A stretch of DNA of 34,149 bases, from NCBI GenBank assembly GCA_016779285.1, contig JADHNV010000001.1, positions 1 to 34,149 of the forward strand. The letters are read 5' to 3'. The notes beneath the pieces are model-generated. The model searched no databases. It was given only the letters and a program-made list of their open reading frames with translations, and was not told the origin of the DNA. The DNA is from SAR86 cluster bacterium (GTDB lineage: Bacteria; Pseudomonadota; Gammaproteobacteria; Magnimaribacterales; D2472). The translations under genes and the position numbers were made by a program. This document shows positions 8,970-19,500 of this stretch, piece by piece; position 1 is the first letter of the stretch, and every line of letters begins with the position of its first letter.

Positions 8970-10304
8970 CTATCTATCAAATTCAATTTGCATACCGAAT
9001 GGTAAATTATCACTTATCTTTCCATTTTGAAAAGCAATATTGCCATTGACAATAGTCATAAATATAGAGGATTTAAAACTGTGTCCTTCAAACGGTGACC
9101 ATCCACACTTATATAAAATATTTTCTTTCGAAACTTCATAGGGCTTTTCATGATCTATAACAGCTAAATCAGCAAAATATCCTTCTCTGATAAAACCCCT
9201 ATCTTTTACCTGAAATCTCTTTGCTATGTTATGACTTGTTTTTTCAACAATGGTTTCAAGCGAAAGAATGTCTTGATGATAGAAATCTAAAAGTATTTGA
9301 AGGCCGTGTTGAACCAATGGCAGACCCGCTGGAGCTTCAGTATAGGCCTTGCTTTTTTCCTCCCATGTATGAGGAGCATGATCCGTTGCAATAATATCGA
9401 TTTTATTATCTAAGAGAGCTTTGATAAGCGCCTGTCTATCTGATTCTTGTTTAATCGATGGGTTACACTTAATTTGATTGCCTAGCTGGGCATAATATGA
9501 GTCATTAAAATACATATGATGAACACATACTTCCGCAGTTATTTTCTTTTGATCTGCTTCGCCTGCATCAAATAATTGCATTTCTTTTTCAGTGGTTAAA
9601 TGAAACACATGAAGATCTGCATCGTATTTCTTGGCTAAGCTTACGGCCAGAGAACTCGAGATATAACAGCTGTCAACATCCCGAATTAAATGATGATGCT
9701 CAGGCGAAACCCCTTCACCATATTTTTCATGAAACAATTGTTCATTTTTTTCAACTGTTTTTTGATCTTCACAATGAGTTACAACTATCAATGGAGAATA
9801 ATTAAAAATATCGTCCAATGCGTTCAAATCATCAACTAGCATGTGGCCAGTTGAAGCGCCCATAAAAACTTTTAAACCTGCAGCTTGGTGAATATCTACT
9901 TTTTTAATTTCTTCGATATTAGTATTGCTTGCTCCAAGATGAAATGAATAATTAGAAACAGATTTCGTGCTAGCTAACTGAAACTTTTTTGTTAAATTCT
10001 CATTGGTTGTAGTCGTTGGATTAACGTTAGGCATTTCAAAATAACTGGTAACACCTCCCGCAAGACCAGCTTTTGATTCTGTTGCGATCTCACCTTTATG
10101 GGTTAAACCAGGTTCTCTGAAATGCACCTGATCATCAATTAGCCCTGGGATTACATACTTTCCCATGAGGTCAACTATACTTTTTGTTTCTGCATCTATG
10201 GAAGAAGCAATTTTTTCAATTCTGTTTCCTTTTATAGCTATGTCTGATGCAAAGATTTGCCCCTCATTAACCAAAGTCCCGTTTTTTAAAATTAAGTCGT
10301 ACAT
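8970..10304 (-). CDS. Dihydroorotase-like cyclic amidohydrolase (long form)
   Basis: 444 aa; REPGLTHKGEIATESKAGLAGGVTSYFEMPN block as in long dihydroorotases, KVFMG (candidate carboxylated Lys), THCED, HVFHLTT and TDHAPH ligand motifs. The first metal motif reads DDQVH rather than HxH. The ATG shares one base with the lysC stop (TAATG at 10304). Confidence 0.75.
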   Translation of the reverse strand: MYDLILKNGTLVNEGQIFASDIAIKGNRIEKIASSIDAETKSIVDLMGKYVIPGLIDDQVHFREPGLTHKGEIATESKAGLAGGVTSYFEMPNVNPTTTTNENLTKKFQLASTKSVSNYSFHLGASNTNIEEIKKVDIHQAAGLKVFMGASTGHMLVDDLNALDDIFNYSPLIVVTHCEDQKTVEKNEQLFHEKYGEGVSPEHHHLIRDVDSCYISSSLAVSLAKKYDADLHVFHLTTEKEMQLFDAGEADQKKITAEVCVHHMYFNDSYYAQLGNQIKCNPSIKQESDRQALIKALLDNKIDIIATDHAPHTWEEKSKAYTEAPAGLPLVQHGLQILLDFYHQDILSLETIVEKTSHNIAKRFQVKDRGFIREGYFADLAVIDHEKPYEVSKENILYKCGWSPFEGHSFKSSIFMTIVNGNIAFQNGKISDNLPFGMQIEFDR

Positions 10305-11518
10305 TAGTCTCCTAAATTAAATGCTGCATGCAAAGTTTTGACTGCCTCTTCAAGTTGGTGGCCTGAAATGACAATTGTAATTTTAATTTCTGATGTGCTA
10401 ATCATTTGAATATTGATTCCTGCATCTGCCAAAGCATCAAATGCAGTGCTAGCTATTCCAGCATGCGAACGCATACCCACTCCTACCAAAGAAACTTTAC
10501 CTATCCCCTCGTCAATGATTAATTCGTCATATGAGATACCCTGCATTTTTTTTGTTAAAACTGACTCGACCTCAGCTCTGTCAGAATTACTAACTGTGAA
10601 AGTGAAATCTGTTTTTCCGGAAACACTCACATTTTGAACAATGACGTCCACCTCAATACCTGCATCACTGACAGGGCTTAAAATACCAGATGCAATACCA
10701 GGAGTATCAACAACTCCATGCAAGGTAAATTTTGTCTGATCTTTTTGAGAAGCAATACCTGTAATTACAGCATCTTCCATTCCCTCTTCCTCCTGTAAAA
10801 TAAGTGTCCCTGAGCCTGAATCAAAGCTTGATAAAACTCTAACTAAAACCTTGTATTTATTCGCAAACTCTACAGCGCGTATCTGCATAACTTTAGCACC
10901 CTGACCAGCTAGCTCCAACATTTCTTCTATATTGATAGAATCAAGTTTTTTTGCATTGGGCACAATTCTTGGATCTGTTGTATAAATGCCATCAACATCA
11001 GTGTAAATATCACATCGCTTAGATTTAATTGCAGCAGCGATGGCCACTGCAGTGGTGTCACTACCTCCTCTTCCCATAGTAGTGGTATCACCCTCACTGG
11101 TGACTCCTTGAAATCCTGTAATAATTGGAATATACCCATCTTCAATGGTTTTAAAAATTATATCCTTATCAAGTTCAAGAATTTTTGCTCTAGAAAAATT
11201 TGAGGTTGTCTTCATGCCAAACTGAGCTGCAGATAGTGATTTAGCTTTAAGGCCTAATTGATTCAAGGCAATAGAAACCAAGGATGCGCTCACTTGCTCA
11301 CCGGTAGAAACGAGTGCATCAAACTCTCTTTTGTTTGGCTCGGCGCCGAATGATTTAGCTAAATCAATTAAACGATTCGTCTCTCCACTCATAGCAGAAA
11401 CTACAACAACAGGTGATGCTTCGCTGCAAGCAGTCTTTATAATGTCAGCAACAGCAGAAATTCTCTCAGTTGTGCCAACTGAGGTACCGCCAAATTTTAA
11501 TACTATTGTTTCCATCAT
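10304..11518 (-). CDS. lysC: Aspartate kinase (monofunctional, two C-terminal ACT domains)
   Basis: 404 aa; VLKFGGTSVG amino-acid-kinase N-terminus, GRGGSDTTA, and C-terminal ACT repeats. Starts 13 nt after alaS, the same order as in Pseudomonas/Vibrio. Confidence 0.95.
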   Translation of the reverse strand: MMETIVLKFGGTSVGTTERISAVADIIKTACSEASPVVVVSAMSGETNRLIDLAKSFGAEPNKREFDALVSTGEQVSASLVSIALNQLGLKAKSLSAAQFGMKTTSNFSRAKILELDKDIIFKTIEDGYIPIITGFQGVTSEGDTTTMGRGGSDTTAVAIAAAIKSKRCDIYTDVDGIYTTDPRIVPNAKKLDSINIEEMLELAGQGAKVMQIRAVEFANKYKVLVRVLSSFDSGSGTLILQEEEGMEDAVITGIASQKDQTKFTLHGVVDTPGIASGILSPVSDAGIEVDVIVQNVSVSGKTDFTFTVSNSDRAEVESVLTKKMQGISYDELIIDEGIGKVSLVGVGMRSHAGIASTAFDALADAGINIQMISTSEIKITIVISGHQLEEAVKTLHAAFNLGD

Positions 11519-11531
11519 TGATGCTTAAAGA

Positions 11532-14102
11532 TTAAGCGATGGATTGTACGATATCAGGAATGGAATTAACAAATTCTTCAAAATTTTCCGTTATGCCTGC
11601 ACCTTGAGCAAAATCCTCACGACCACCACCTTTTCCGTTTGATGCTTTTGCGATTGCCTGAATAACTTCATGAGCGCTTAATGAGCTTTGAATATCATCT
11701 GTGATACCACAAACCATCAAAACTTTAGAGCCTTGGTGACTCAAGATTAAAATACACCTTTGCAACTGATCTTGCCTTGCATTATCAACCAACTGTCTTA
11801 AATCTTGTATATTTTGACTATCTGCCTCTATCAGGACCAAATCAAAATTATCAATCTTATGGATCGTTTCCTTAAGATCAAGCGAAGTTTTCGTTTTATT
11901 TTTCTTGCCCTTTTTTAAAGATTTATTTTCCATAACTAAATCCTGAACTTTTGAGCTTATGAGAGGGGCACCAACATTCAATATGCCTTGAACATCTTGA
12001 AGCTGGGATCTTGTCTCAAGCATTAATTCTACCGCCTTGAAGCCAGTCACAGCCTCAATTCTTCGGACTCCAGATGAGACACTGGATTCATTGATAATTG
12101 CAAACATACCTATATCTCCAGTCCTATTTACATGGGTCCCGCCGCAAAGCTCAACTGAAAAGCCTTCGCTCATAGATAAAACTCTTACCTCATCATCATA
12201 TTTCTCTCCAAACATAGCTTCAGCACCTGATGCTATTGCATGATCTAGCTTCATTAACTCTGTTTTGACTAGAGTATTTTTTAGGGTGTGTTGATTGACT
12301 AATAATTCTATTTGTTTGATTTCATCCTTAGTAACTGCTTTAGGGTGTGAAAAATCAAAACGAAGCTTTGAAGCATCTACCAGTGAGCCTTTTTGCTCAA
12401 CATGACTGCCAAGCACATGTTTTAAGGCAGCATGCATTAGGTGAGTGGCTGAATGGTTGGAAGCTGCGCTAGCTCTTTTATTGGATGCAACTGAGAGCTT
12501 TAAAGTGTCACCTATTTTCAATGAACCTTCTTCAAGAGCTATTTTATGAATAAAGATTTTTCCTTGTTTGATGCAATCTAATACCTGCCCACTTACATTG
12601 GAACCAGAAAACTCGCCTTCATCTCCAACCTGCCCTCCAGATTCTGCATAAAAAGGAGACTGATCTAAAACAAGAAAATACTCTGCACCACAAGTTACAG
12701 AATCTACTCTTAGATCATTCTCCCATAGACCCAAAACTTTTCCTTCTGCATTTAATTGGTCGTAACCCAAAAACCGAGTTTCTTCAATAGAGGATAAATC
12801 TAATTGAGTACTTTTAAATTTACTTGCTGATTTAGAATTTTTTACTTGCTCTTCCATGCATTGATTAAATCCATCTTCATCAAGCTTCAATCCCTGCTCA
12901 CGGGCAATATCTGCAGTAAGATCAAAAGGGAACCCAAATGTATCATGAAGTTTAAAAACAATATTTCCAGGAATCACATTTGAATCCATGTGAGAAATTT
13001 CTTTTTCTAAAATCTCAATTCCTTTATCCAAAGTTTCAAGAAACTGATTCTCTTCGTGATGAATGGTTTCTTCGATGTGTTTCTGATTGGCTGCTAGCAT
13101 TGGAAATGCAGATTGCATTTCTTTTACTAATGGCTCAACCAATGAATGCAAAAATGGTTCCTTGGCACCTAGCTTATATCCATGACGAATAGCTCTTCGC
13201 ATAATCCTACGAAGCACATATCCTCTTCCCTCATTAGAGGGGGTAATGCCATCGGCAATTAAAAAGCTAACGCTTCGGATGTGATCTGCAATCACTTTAT
13301 GCGATGGCTCTCCAGGAGATTGAATAGCGTTCTCAGATGCTTTAATAAGGTTAAGAAAAAGGTCTGTTTCGTAATTTGAATTAACGCCTTGCATCACGGC
13401 AGCCACTCTCTCTAACCCCATGCCGGTATCAACAGATGGCTTAGGCAATGGTGTTAATTCACCCGCAGCATCTCTATTAAACTGCATAAAAACTAGATTC
13501 CAGATTTCTACAAATCTATCTCCCTCATCGCCTGGTGATCCTGGTGGAGTGCCTTCATATTGCTCGCCATGATCATAATAAATTTCTGAGCAGGGTCCAC
13601 ATGGTCCTGTGTCCCCCATAGACCAAAAATTATCCTCTTCATCTAGTCTGACAATTCTTTTTGGATCAATGCCAATAATTGATGACCAAATTTCTGCAGC
13701 CTCGTCATCTTCCCTAAAAACAGAAATCCATAATTTTTCTTTTTCTAAATTAAGTTCATTGGTTAAAAAATTCCATGCAAGTTTAATCGCTTCCTCTTTG
13801 AAATAATCTCCAAAACTAAAATTACCTAACATCTCGAAGAATGTGTGATGCCTAAGGGTGTAACCAACATTTTCTAAATCATTATGTTTTCCACCTGCAC
13901 GGATGCATCTTTGCGTTGTGGTTGCTCTCTTATATGAACGCTTATCAGATCCTAAAAAAACATCCTTGAATTGAACCATTCCAGCATTTGTAAATAAGAG
14001 GGTGTCATCATTGGCAGGAATTAAAGGGCTGGAATCCACAACTTCATGGCCATTGTTGTTGAAGTACTCTAAAAACTTAGCTCTTAGTTCACTTGTTAAC
14101 AT
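11532..14102 (-). CDS. alaS: Alanine--tRNA ligase
   Basis: 856 aa; class II AlaRS core (FTNAGMVQFK, HHTFFEMLGNFSFGDYFK), editing-domain HSATHLMH and CGGTH, and a C-terminal DHHA1-type domain. Confidence 0.97.
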   Translation of the reverse strand: MLTSELRAKFLEYFNNNGHEVVDSSPLIPANDDTLLFTNAGMVQFKDVFLGSDKRSYKRATTTQRCIRAGGKHNDLENVGYTLRHHTFFEMLGNFSFGDYFKEEAIKLAWNFLTNELNLEKEKLWISVFREDDEAAEIWSSIIGIDPKRIVRLDEEDNFWSMGDTGPCGPCSEIYYDHGEQYEGTPPGSPGDEGDRFVEIWNLVFMQFNRDAAGELTPLPKPSVDTGMGLERVAAVMQGVNSNYETDLFLNLIKASENAIQSPGEPSHKVIADHIRSVSFLIADGITPSNEGRGYVLRRIMRRAIRHGYKLGAKEPFLHSLVEPLVKEMQSAFPMLAANQKHIEETIHHEENQFLETLDKGIEILEKEISHMDSNVIPGNIVFKLHDTFGFPFDLTADIAREQGLKLDEDGFNQCMEEQVKNSKSASKFKSTQLDLSSIEETRFLGYDQLNAEGKVLGLWENDLRVDSVTCGAEYFLVLDQSPFYAESGGQVGDEGEFSGSNVSGQVLDCIKQGKIFIHKIALEEGSLKIGDTLKLSVASNKRASAASNHSATHLMHAALKHVLGSHVEQKGSLVDASKLRFDFSHPKAVTKDEIKQIELLVNQHTLKNTLVKTELMKLDHAIASGAEAMFGEKYDDEVRVLSMSEGFSVELCGGTHVNRTGDIGMFAIINESSVSSGVRRIEAVTGFKAVELMLETRSQLQDVQGILNVGAPLISSKVQDLVMENKSLKKGKKNKTKTSLDLKETIHKIDNFDLVLIEADSQNIQDLRQLVDNARQDQLQRCILILSHQGSKVLMVCGITDDIQSSLSAHEVIQAIAKASNGKGGGREDFAQGAGITENFEEFVNSIPDIVQSIA

Positions 14103-14808
14103 TGCTAAAAACTTCCTCTAAAAAATTAGACATTGCAGCCCAGGATCTCTTATCACTATCATGATTATAAACTGTTCCCATTTCAATATCGTTAGCCATA
14201 GGATTAGTAAATGCATGATAAGTATTGCCATAGCTAATGAATTGCCAATCAGCCTTGGATTCAGTCATCTCATTTTGCAAAGCCAATATTTGATCGGAAG
14301 AAACCATGGGGTCTTTATCCCCATGCAAAACCAATAATTTTGTATTAACCTTTTGGAGAGGCTCATCCGATTGATTTAAAAGCCCATGGAAACTAACACA
14401 TCCTGAGAGCTGATATCCAGAGCGAGCAAGCTCTATAGCAGCAAGACCGCCAAAACAGAAACCTATTAATGCAATTTTTGATGGATCAACGCCATCAATG
14501 GTCTTACCAAACTCAACCGCACTTATAAGGCGTTGTCTAAATAGTTTTCTATCTTGAACGAATGGCTCTATTAAAGCCTGGTTCTCTTCAGTGCTGCTAC
14601 CGTTGATGCCGCCTCCAAAAATATCGATTGATAAAGCAGCATAGCCTAAATTATTCAGGGCGATTACTTTTCCATCTTCAAACTCAGATCTACCTTTCCA
14701 AGTGTGAGCAACAAGAACTAATGGAGCAGAATTTGAAGATTCAGGCATTGAAAAATAGCCTTCACATTCTGTTGATTGGTCATAGTAATTGACAATTCTT
14801 CCTGACAT
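14089..14808 (-). CDS. Dienelactone hydrolase family protein
   Basis: 239-aa alpha/beta hydrolase with Cys nucleophile elbow GFCFGG, D (HGDKD) and H (YHAF). Its last 14 nt overlap the alaS start. Confidence 0.85.
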   Translation of the reverse strand: MSGRIVNYYDQSTECEGYFSMPESSNSAPLVLVAHTWKGRSEFEDGKVIALNNLGYAALSIDIFGGGINGSSTEENQALIEPFVQDRKLFRQRLISAVEFGKTIDGVDPSKIALIGFCFGGLAAIELARSGYQLSGCVSFHGLLNQSDEPLQKVNTKLLVLHGDKDPMVSSDQILALQNEMTESKADWQFISYGNTYHAFTNPMANDIEMGTVYNHDSDKRSWAAMSNFLEEVFSNVNK

Positions 14809-14812
14809 AAAG

Positions 14813-15328
14813 CTAACCTAGCTCGGCCTTATACCTTTTGTAATTTTCAATATAATGATGTGCGTTTAAAGAAGGTATTGCTTGCTCTTCAGGAGTAAGT
14901 TCTTTTTTGATTTTTGCAGGAATACCAAGCACCATTGATCCATCAGGCACCTCCATGCCCTCTGTAATCAATGCTTTTGCTCCAACTATACAATTTTTAC
15001 CTATTTTAGCTCCATTTAGGATAACTGCCCCTATTCCAATAAGCGAGCCATCGCCAACTTCACATCCGTGAAGCATTGCCATGTGCCCAACCGTTACAAA
15101 CTTTCCTATTTTGCATGCAAACCCTGGGTCAGTGTGTATTACCGAGTTATCCTGAATATTTGTTCCTTCACCTAAAATAATTGGCTCATTGTCTCCCCTG
15201 AGCGTGCAATGAAACCAAATGCTTGAATCTTTTGCCATTTGTACATCTCCAATAACTGTTGCATCTGGAGCAATCCAAAAATCATCATTTTCAGTGCTTA
15301 AGCTTTTATTATTTATATCAATAATCAT
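14813..15328 (-). CDS. Gamma-carbonic-anhydrase-like left-handed beta-helix protein (YrdA/PaaY family)
   Basis: 171 aa; hexapeptide repeats with the family pattern [11 protein letters not shown]...[11 protein letters not shown]...[14 protein letters not shown]...[10 protein letters not shown]. Confidence 0.85.
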   Translation of the reverse strand: MIIDINNKSLSTENDDFWIAPDATVIGDVQMAKDSSIWFHCTLRGDNEPIILGEGTNIQDNSVIHTDPGFACKIGKFVTVGHMAMLHGCEVGDGSLIGIGAVILNGAKIGKNCIVGAKALITEGMEVPDGSMVLGIPAKIKKELTPEEQAIPSLNAHHYIENYKRYKAELG

Positions 15329-15333
15329 TTCAA

Positions 15334-15912
15334 TTACCCTTCTAGAATCTCTATATTCGCATCAAAACATACATTTAAAAAGTTTAATGTAATGATGGCA
15401 GTTAAGCCCCATATTTTCTGATCCTTAATATTCCAAGTTGGTACTTGCCATAAAGCTCCATCCCTTTCAATGGTTTCTCGTTGAACATTTTTTGAGTCAA
15501 GCAAAAAATCTAAGGGGACAGTAAAAATCTCTTGTATTTCCTCGTTTGGTTCTAATAATTGGGGCTGGTCAACAGTTGCTACAAAAGGATTGACCTCTAT
15601 TTTATGACGGGATATAAGATAATTTAACTTCCCTAATTGAGTGACATCTTTGCCGTTAAGACTGATTTCTTCATTGGATTCTCTCAAGGCCGTTCCAAAA
15701 AGGCTTGTGTCCATCTCATCCACTTTACCTCCGGGAAAACTGACTTCGCCCGAATGGGTTGAAAGATTATTGGAGCGTTGTGTATAAATCAATTCGGGAG
15801 ATCCAATATATTTCCCATAATTTAAAATAGCTATTAAAACTGAAGCCTGAGGACGACCACTTGGCTTTTCAGAATTATGTAAATTTAGTTTATACTTGAT
15901 CTCTTCAATCAT
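15334..15912 (-). CDS. Nudix hydrolase, CoA pyrophosphatase type (NudL-like)
   Basis: 192 aa; NuCoA-type motif [22 protein letters not shown] immediately preceding the Nudix box [25 protein letters not shown]. Confidence 0.8.
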   Translation of the reverse strand: MIEEIKYKLNLHNSEKPSGRPQASVLIAILNYGKYIGSPELIYTQRSNNLSTHSGEVSFPGGKVDEMDTSLFGTALRESNEEISLNGKDVTQLGKLNYLISRHKIEVNPFVATVDQPQLLEPNEEIQEIFTVPLDFLLDSKNVQRETIERDGALWQVPTWNIKDQKIWGLTAIITLNFLNVCFDANIEILEG

Positions 15913-15963
15913 TGGGTAAGTTTAACTTCTTACGACATTTTATTCTCTAAGAAAGGAGCACTT

Positions 15964-16500
15964 TTGAGATATTGTTCAAAATGCGGAAGCGATCAAATTG
16001 ATTTTAAAATTCCAGCTGATGACAATTTAAAACGTTATATTTGTTCTGACTGCAGTTCGATTTTTTATACCAATCCCAACCTGATTGTCGGTACTATATG
16101 CATCAAAGACGATTACGTCCTTTTATGCAAAAGAAATATAGAGCCTCGATTCGGAAGATGGACTTTACCCGCAGGATTTATGGAGAATGCAGAGACTCTT
16201 CAAGAAGGAGCATTAAGAGAAACAAAAGAGGAAACTCAGGCAACACCAAAAATTATTTCTCCCTATACGGCATTTAGTTTGACACATATCAGTCAGGTAC
16301 ACTTTTTTTATCTAGCTGACCTGGGGGATGAGAGATTTGGTCCCACTTCTGAGAGCTCTGAAGTAAAACTATTTCCAAAAGACGAAATTCCATGGGATGA
16401 AATTGCATTTCCAACCGTCACTAAAACATTAAAATATTATTTTGATGATCTGGCCTCTGGTGAGTTTCCTTTTAGAGAAGAAGCTCTGAAACTCTGGTAG
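15964..16500 (+). CDS. Nudix hydrolase with N-terminal zinc ribbon
   Basis: 178 aa; CSKCG...CSDCS zinc ribbon and Nudix box GFMENAETLQEGALRETKEETQA. TTG start with AAGGAG 5 nt upstream. Confidence 0.8.
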   Translation: MRYCSKCGSDQIDFKIPADDNLKRYICSDCSSIFYTNPNLIVGTICIKDDYVLLCKRNIEPRFGRWTLPAGFMENAETLQEGALRETKEETQATPKIISPYTAFSLTHISQVHFFYLADLGDERFGPTSESSEVKLFPKDEIPWDEIAFPTVTKTLKYYFDDLASGEFPFREEALKLW

Positions 16501-16507
16501 TAAAAAA

Positions 16508-19500
16508 TTATGCCTCTTGGCTAAATTTATAAGCATTTATAAAAATTTGCATCCATGGGGAATACTCTTTCCAGTCTGATGGGCGCCAAGATAGTTGCTG
16601 CGATCTAAATACTCTTTCAGGATGAGGCATCATAATTGTTGCCCTGCCATCCATAGAAGTCAGGCCAGTAATTCCTTCAGGAGAACCATTTGGATTGAGA
16701 GGATATGAAGAAGCCACTGCGCCTTTATGATCGGTAAACTGAATTGCGACTTGATTTTGTTTAAATAGGCTCTTTAGAGTATCTCCCTTAAATGAGGCTC
16801 TGCCCTCACCATGTGCAACGGCAACAGGAATTTGCCATCCATCCATCCCTGTCAATAAAACAGACTTAGATTTAGCAATGGTGACTTGAGATAAGCGTGC
16901 TTCAAATTGATCAGACTCATTCCACAAAAATTCTGGCCAATTTTCAGCCCCCGGAATTAAGTCTTTTAACTTAGATAGCATCTGGCATCCATTACAAACA
17001 CCAAAAGTAAAAGTGTCACTACGATTAAAAAAACGTTCAAATGAATCTCTAACAGCATTATTAAATCTAATGCTAGATGACCATCCCCCTCCAGCTCCAA
17101 GCACATCGCCATAAGAAAAACCACCACAGGCCGCCAAACCCTGAAACTCTAATAGTAAGTTTGGGCTATCAATTAGATCTTGCATATGCACATCTATTAC
17201 ATCAAATCCAGCCAATATAAATGCTGCAGCCATCTCATTTTGGCCGTTCACACCTTGTTCTCTAAATATTGCTACCTTGGGTTTTAAATGTTGATTAAAA
17301 GATGGGAGTTGCTCGGAATATTGAAAACTATCTTTGGCAATCAAACCTTGATCATCAAATTTTTCAATTAGATCATACTCAGCTTTTGCACTTGCTGGAT
17401 TATCTCTTAAAGATTTAATCGAGTATGAAGTTTCATTCCAAACCTTTTCTAAATTCACAACTGAATCAGAAAATTTAATCTCGTTATTCAAAGAAATAGA
17501 AATCAGGGCATCAGATCTCTGCGAGGCACACTTTCGATGTTGAAGGTTTTTTTTCTGAAGAAACTCTAAAGCTTGATTTTCAAAAGCATTATTAAATTGA
17601 ACAACCACGCCTGTTTCTTCTGCGAAAAGATATTGCAACTCAGCATCGTTTTGAAAATTTTCTGAAATAAATATTTCTATTCCAATCTTATTTGTAAATG
17701 ATAGCTCTGCAAGAGTGGTAAATAATCCTCCATCAGAAATATCATGCAGAGCAACGATCCAGCCTCGCTTTATTAACTCCTGAACTGCATCGAATAATGT
17801 TGCAAATAATTCAATATCATCAATATCTGGAACTGTTTGAATGCTTGAAGAGGTAACTGCCTCAAAAATGGAACCGCCCAACCTACGACGATCATTCAAA
17901 AATAAATGATATAAATCTTTTGAACCATGCTCTTTAAACTCAGTTGTTACAGCCATAGATACGTTCTCAACTGGAGCCATGGCTGAAATAATTCCGGACA
18001 AAGGGCTCTTCACTTCAAACTCTTGATCGCCCTCATTCCATTTTGTTTTCATAGATAGGGAATCTTTTCCTACTGGTATAGCTATTCCCAGCTTTATACA
18101 CATGGCTGATAGCGCTTCAACGCCTAATCTCAAAGCATAATTATCTTCCTCGTCTCCACATGCTGCCATCCAATTTGCAGAGAGTCTCACTAGGTCTAAA
18201 TTTTTGACTGGGGCAGAAACTAGGTTCATTAGTGCTTCGGCTAAGGCCATCCTCATGGAGGCTGCTGGATTTTGAATTGCGAGAGTAGGCTTTTCCCCTA
18301 TTGATAAAACATCTCCTTCATTGCTAAGGAATGATTTGGTAGCCATAGCATAATTTGAGGTAGGCACTTGATATCTGCCAACCAATTGATCACGAGCAAC
18401 TAAGCCACCAACAGTTCTATCGCCAATTGTAATTAAAAAGGATTTTGAGGCTACAGAAGGATGTGAAAGCACTCTGTGAATGACTTCGGATAAATCTAAA
18501 TCATTGGGGATAGAATTAATTACTTGCTTAATTTTTGGATCATTAAGCTTCATGTTTGAAATAGGCAAATCTCCAAAGAGCATTGATAAAGGAACATGAA
18601 CAGGGAATTCATCTCTTTCAGGATCATAAACCTCCACCGTATCTTTTGAAGTGGTTTGACCAACAAAAGCAACCGGACATCTCTCTCTTCGACAAATATT
18701 TTCGAAGATATCTTTGTTAGATTTTTTGATAGCTAAAACATAGCGTTCTTGAGATTCGTTTGACCAAATCTCCATGGGAGATAGGCTTGGATCAGCGACA
18801 GGGATCAAGCTTAAATCTATAGCAACACCTAAGTTGCAATCTTTTGCCAATTCAGGAATGGCGTTTGAAAGCCCCCCTGCTCCAACATCATGAATGAATT
18901 CTATTAGGTTTGGAGACTCAAATGCGCACTGATTAATTACCTCTTGACATCTTCTCTCCATTTCTGCGTTTTCTCTTTGAACAGAGGCGAAATCTAGCTC
19001 TTCATCACTTTCTCCAGAAGACATAGATGATGCTGCTCCTCCTCCTAAGCCTATAAGCATGGAGGGACCACCCAATACAACAACCAAATCACCAACCTCT
19101 ATGGGATTTTTAAGACTGTTTCTATTTTTTACCTCACCTATACCTCCAGCTAACATGATTGGTTTGTGATATCCATAAGCTTGATTGTCAGCAAAGGGCT
19201 GTTCAAAGACCCGAAAATAACCCACCGTACTTGGTCGCCCAAATTCATTATTAAATGCAGCGGCACCAATTGGTCCCTCGATCATAATTTGAAGTGGAGA
19301 GGCAATTCTCGAAGGCTTGTGTGGAGCTCTTTCCCAAATACGAGGGAAGTCTGCAAGTCTGAGATTAGAAACATTAAAACCAATCAATCCCATTTTAGGT
19401 TTTGCGCCTGACCCTGTGGCACCCTCATCTCTTATTTCTCCTCCAGAACCAGTTGCAGCCCCAGGAAAAGGAGAAATGGCCGTAGGGTGATTATGAGTTT

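Noticed and set aside
11519-11531. Lysine riboswitch before lysC; glycine riboswitch before the AGCS symporter (7386-7420)
   Set aside because: The spacers are only 13 nt and 35 nt, far too short for either riboswitch aptamer.
15334-16500. Two divergent Nudix hydrolase genes as a possible paired system
   Set aside because: They belong to different, individually well-known subfamilies (CoA pyrophosphatase type and zinc-ribbon type). Nothing beyond adjacency links them.
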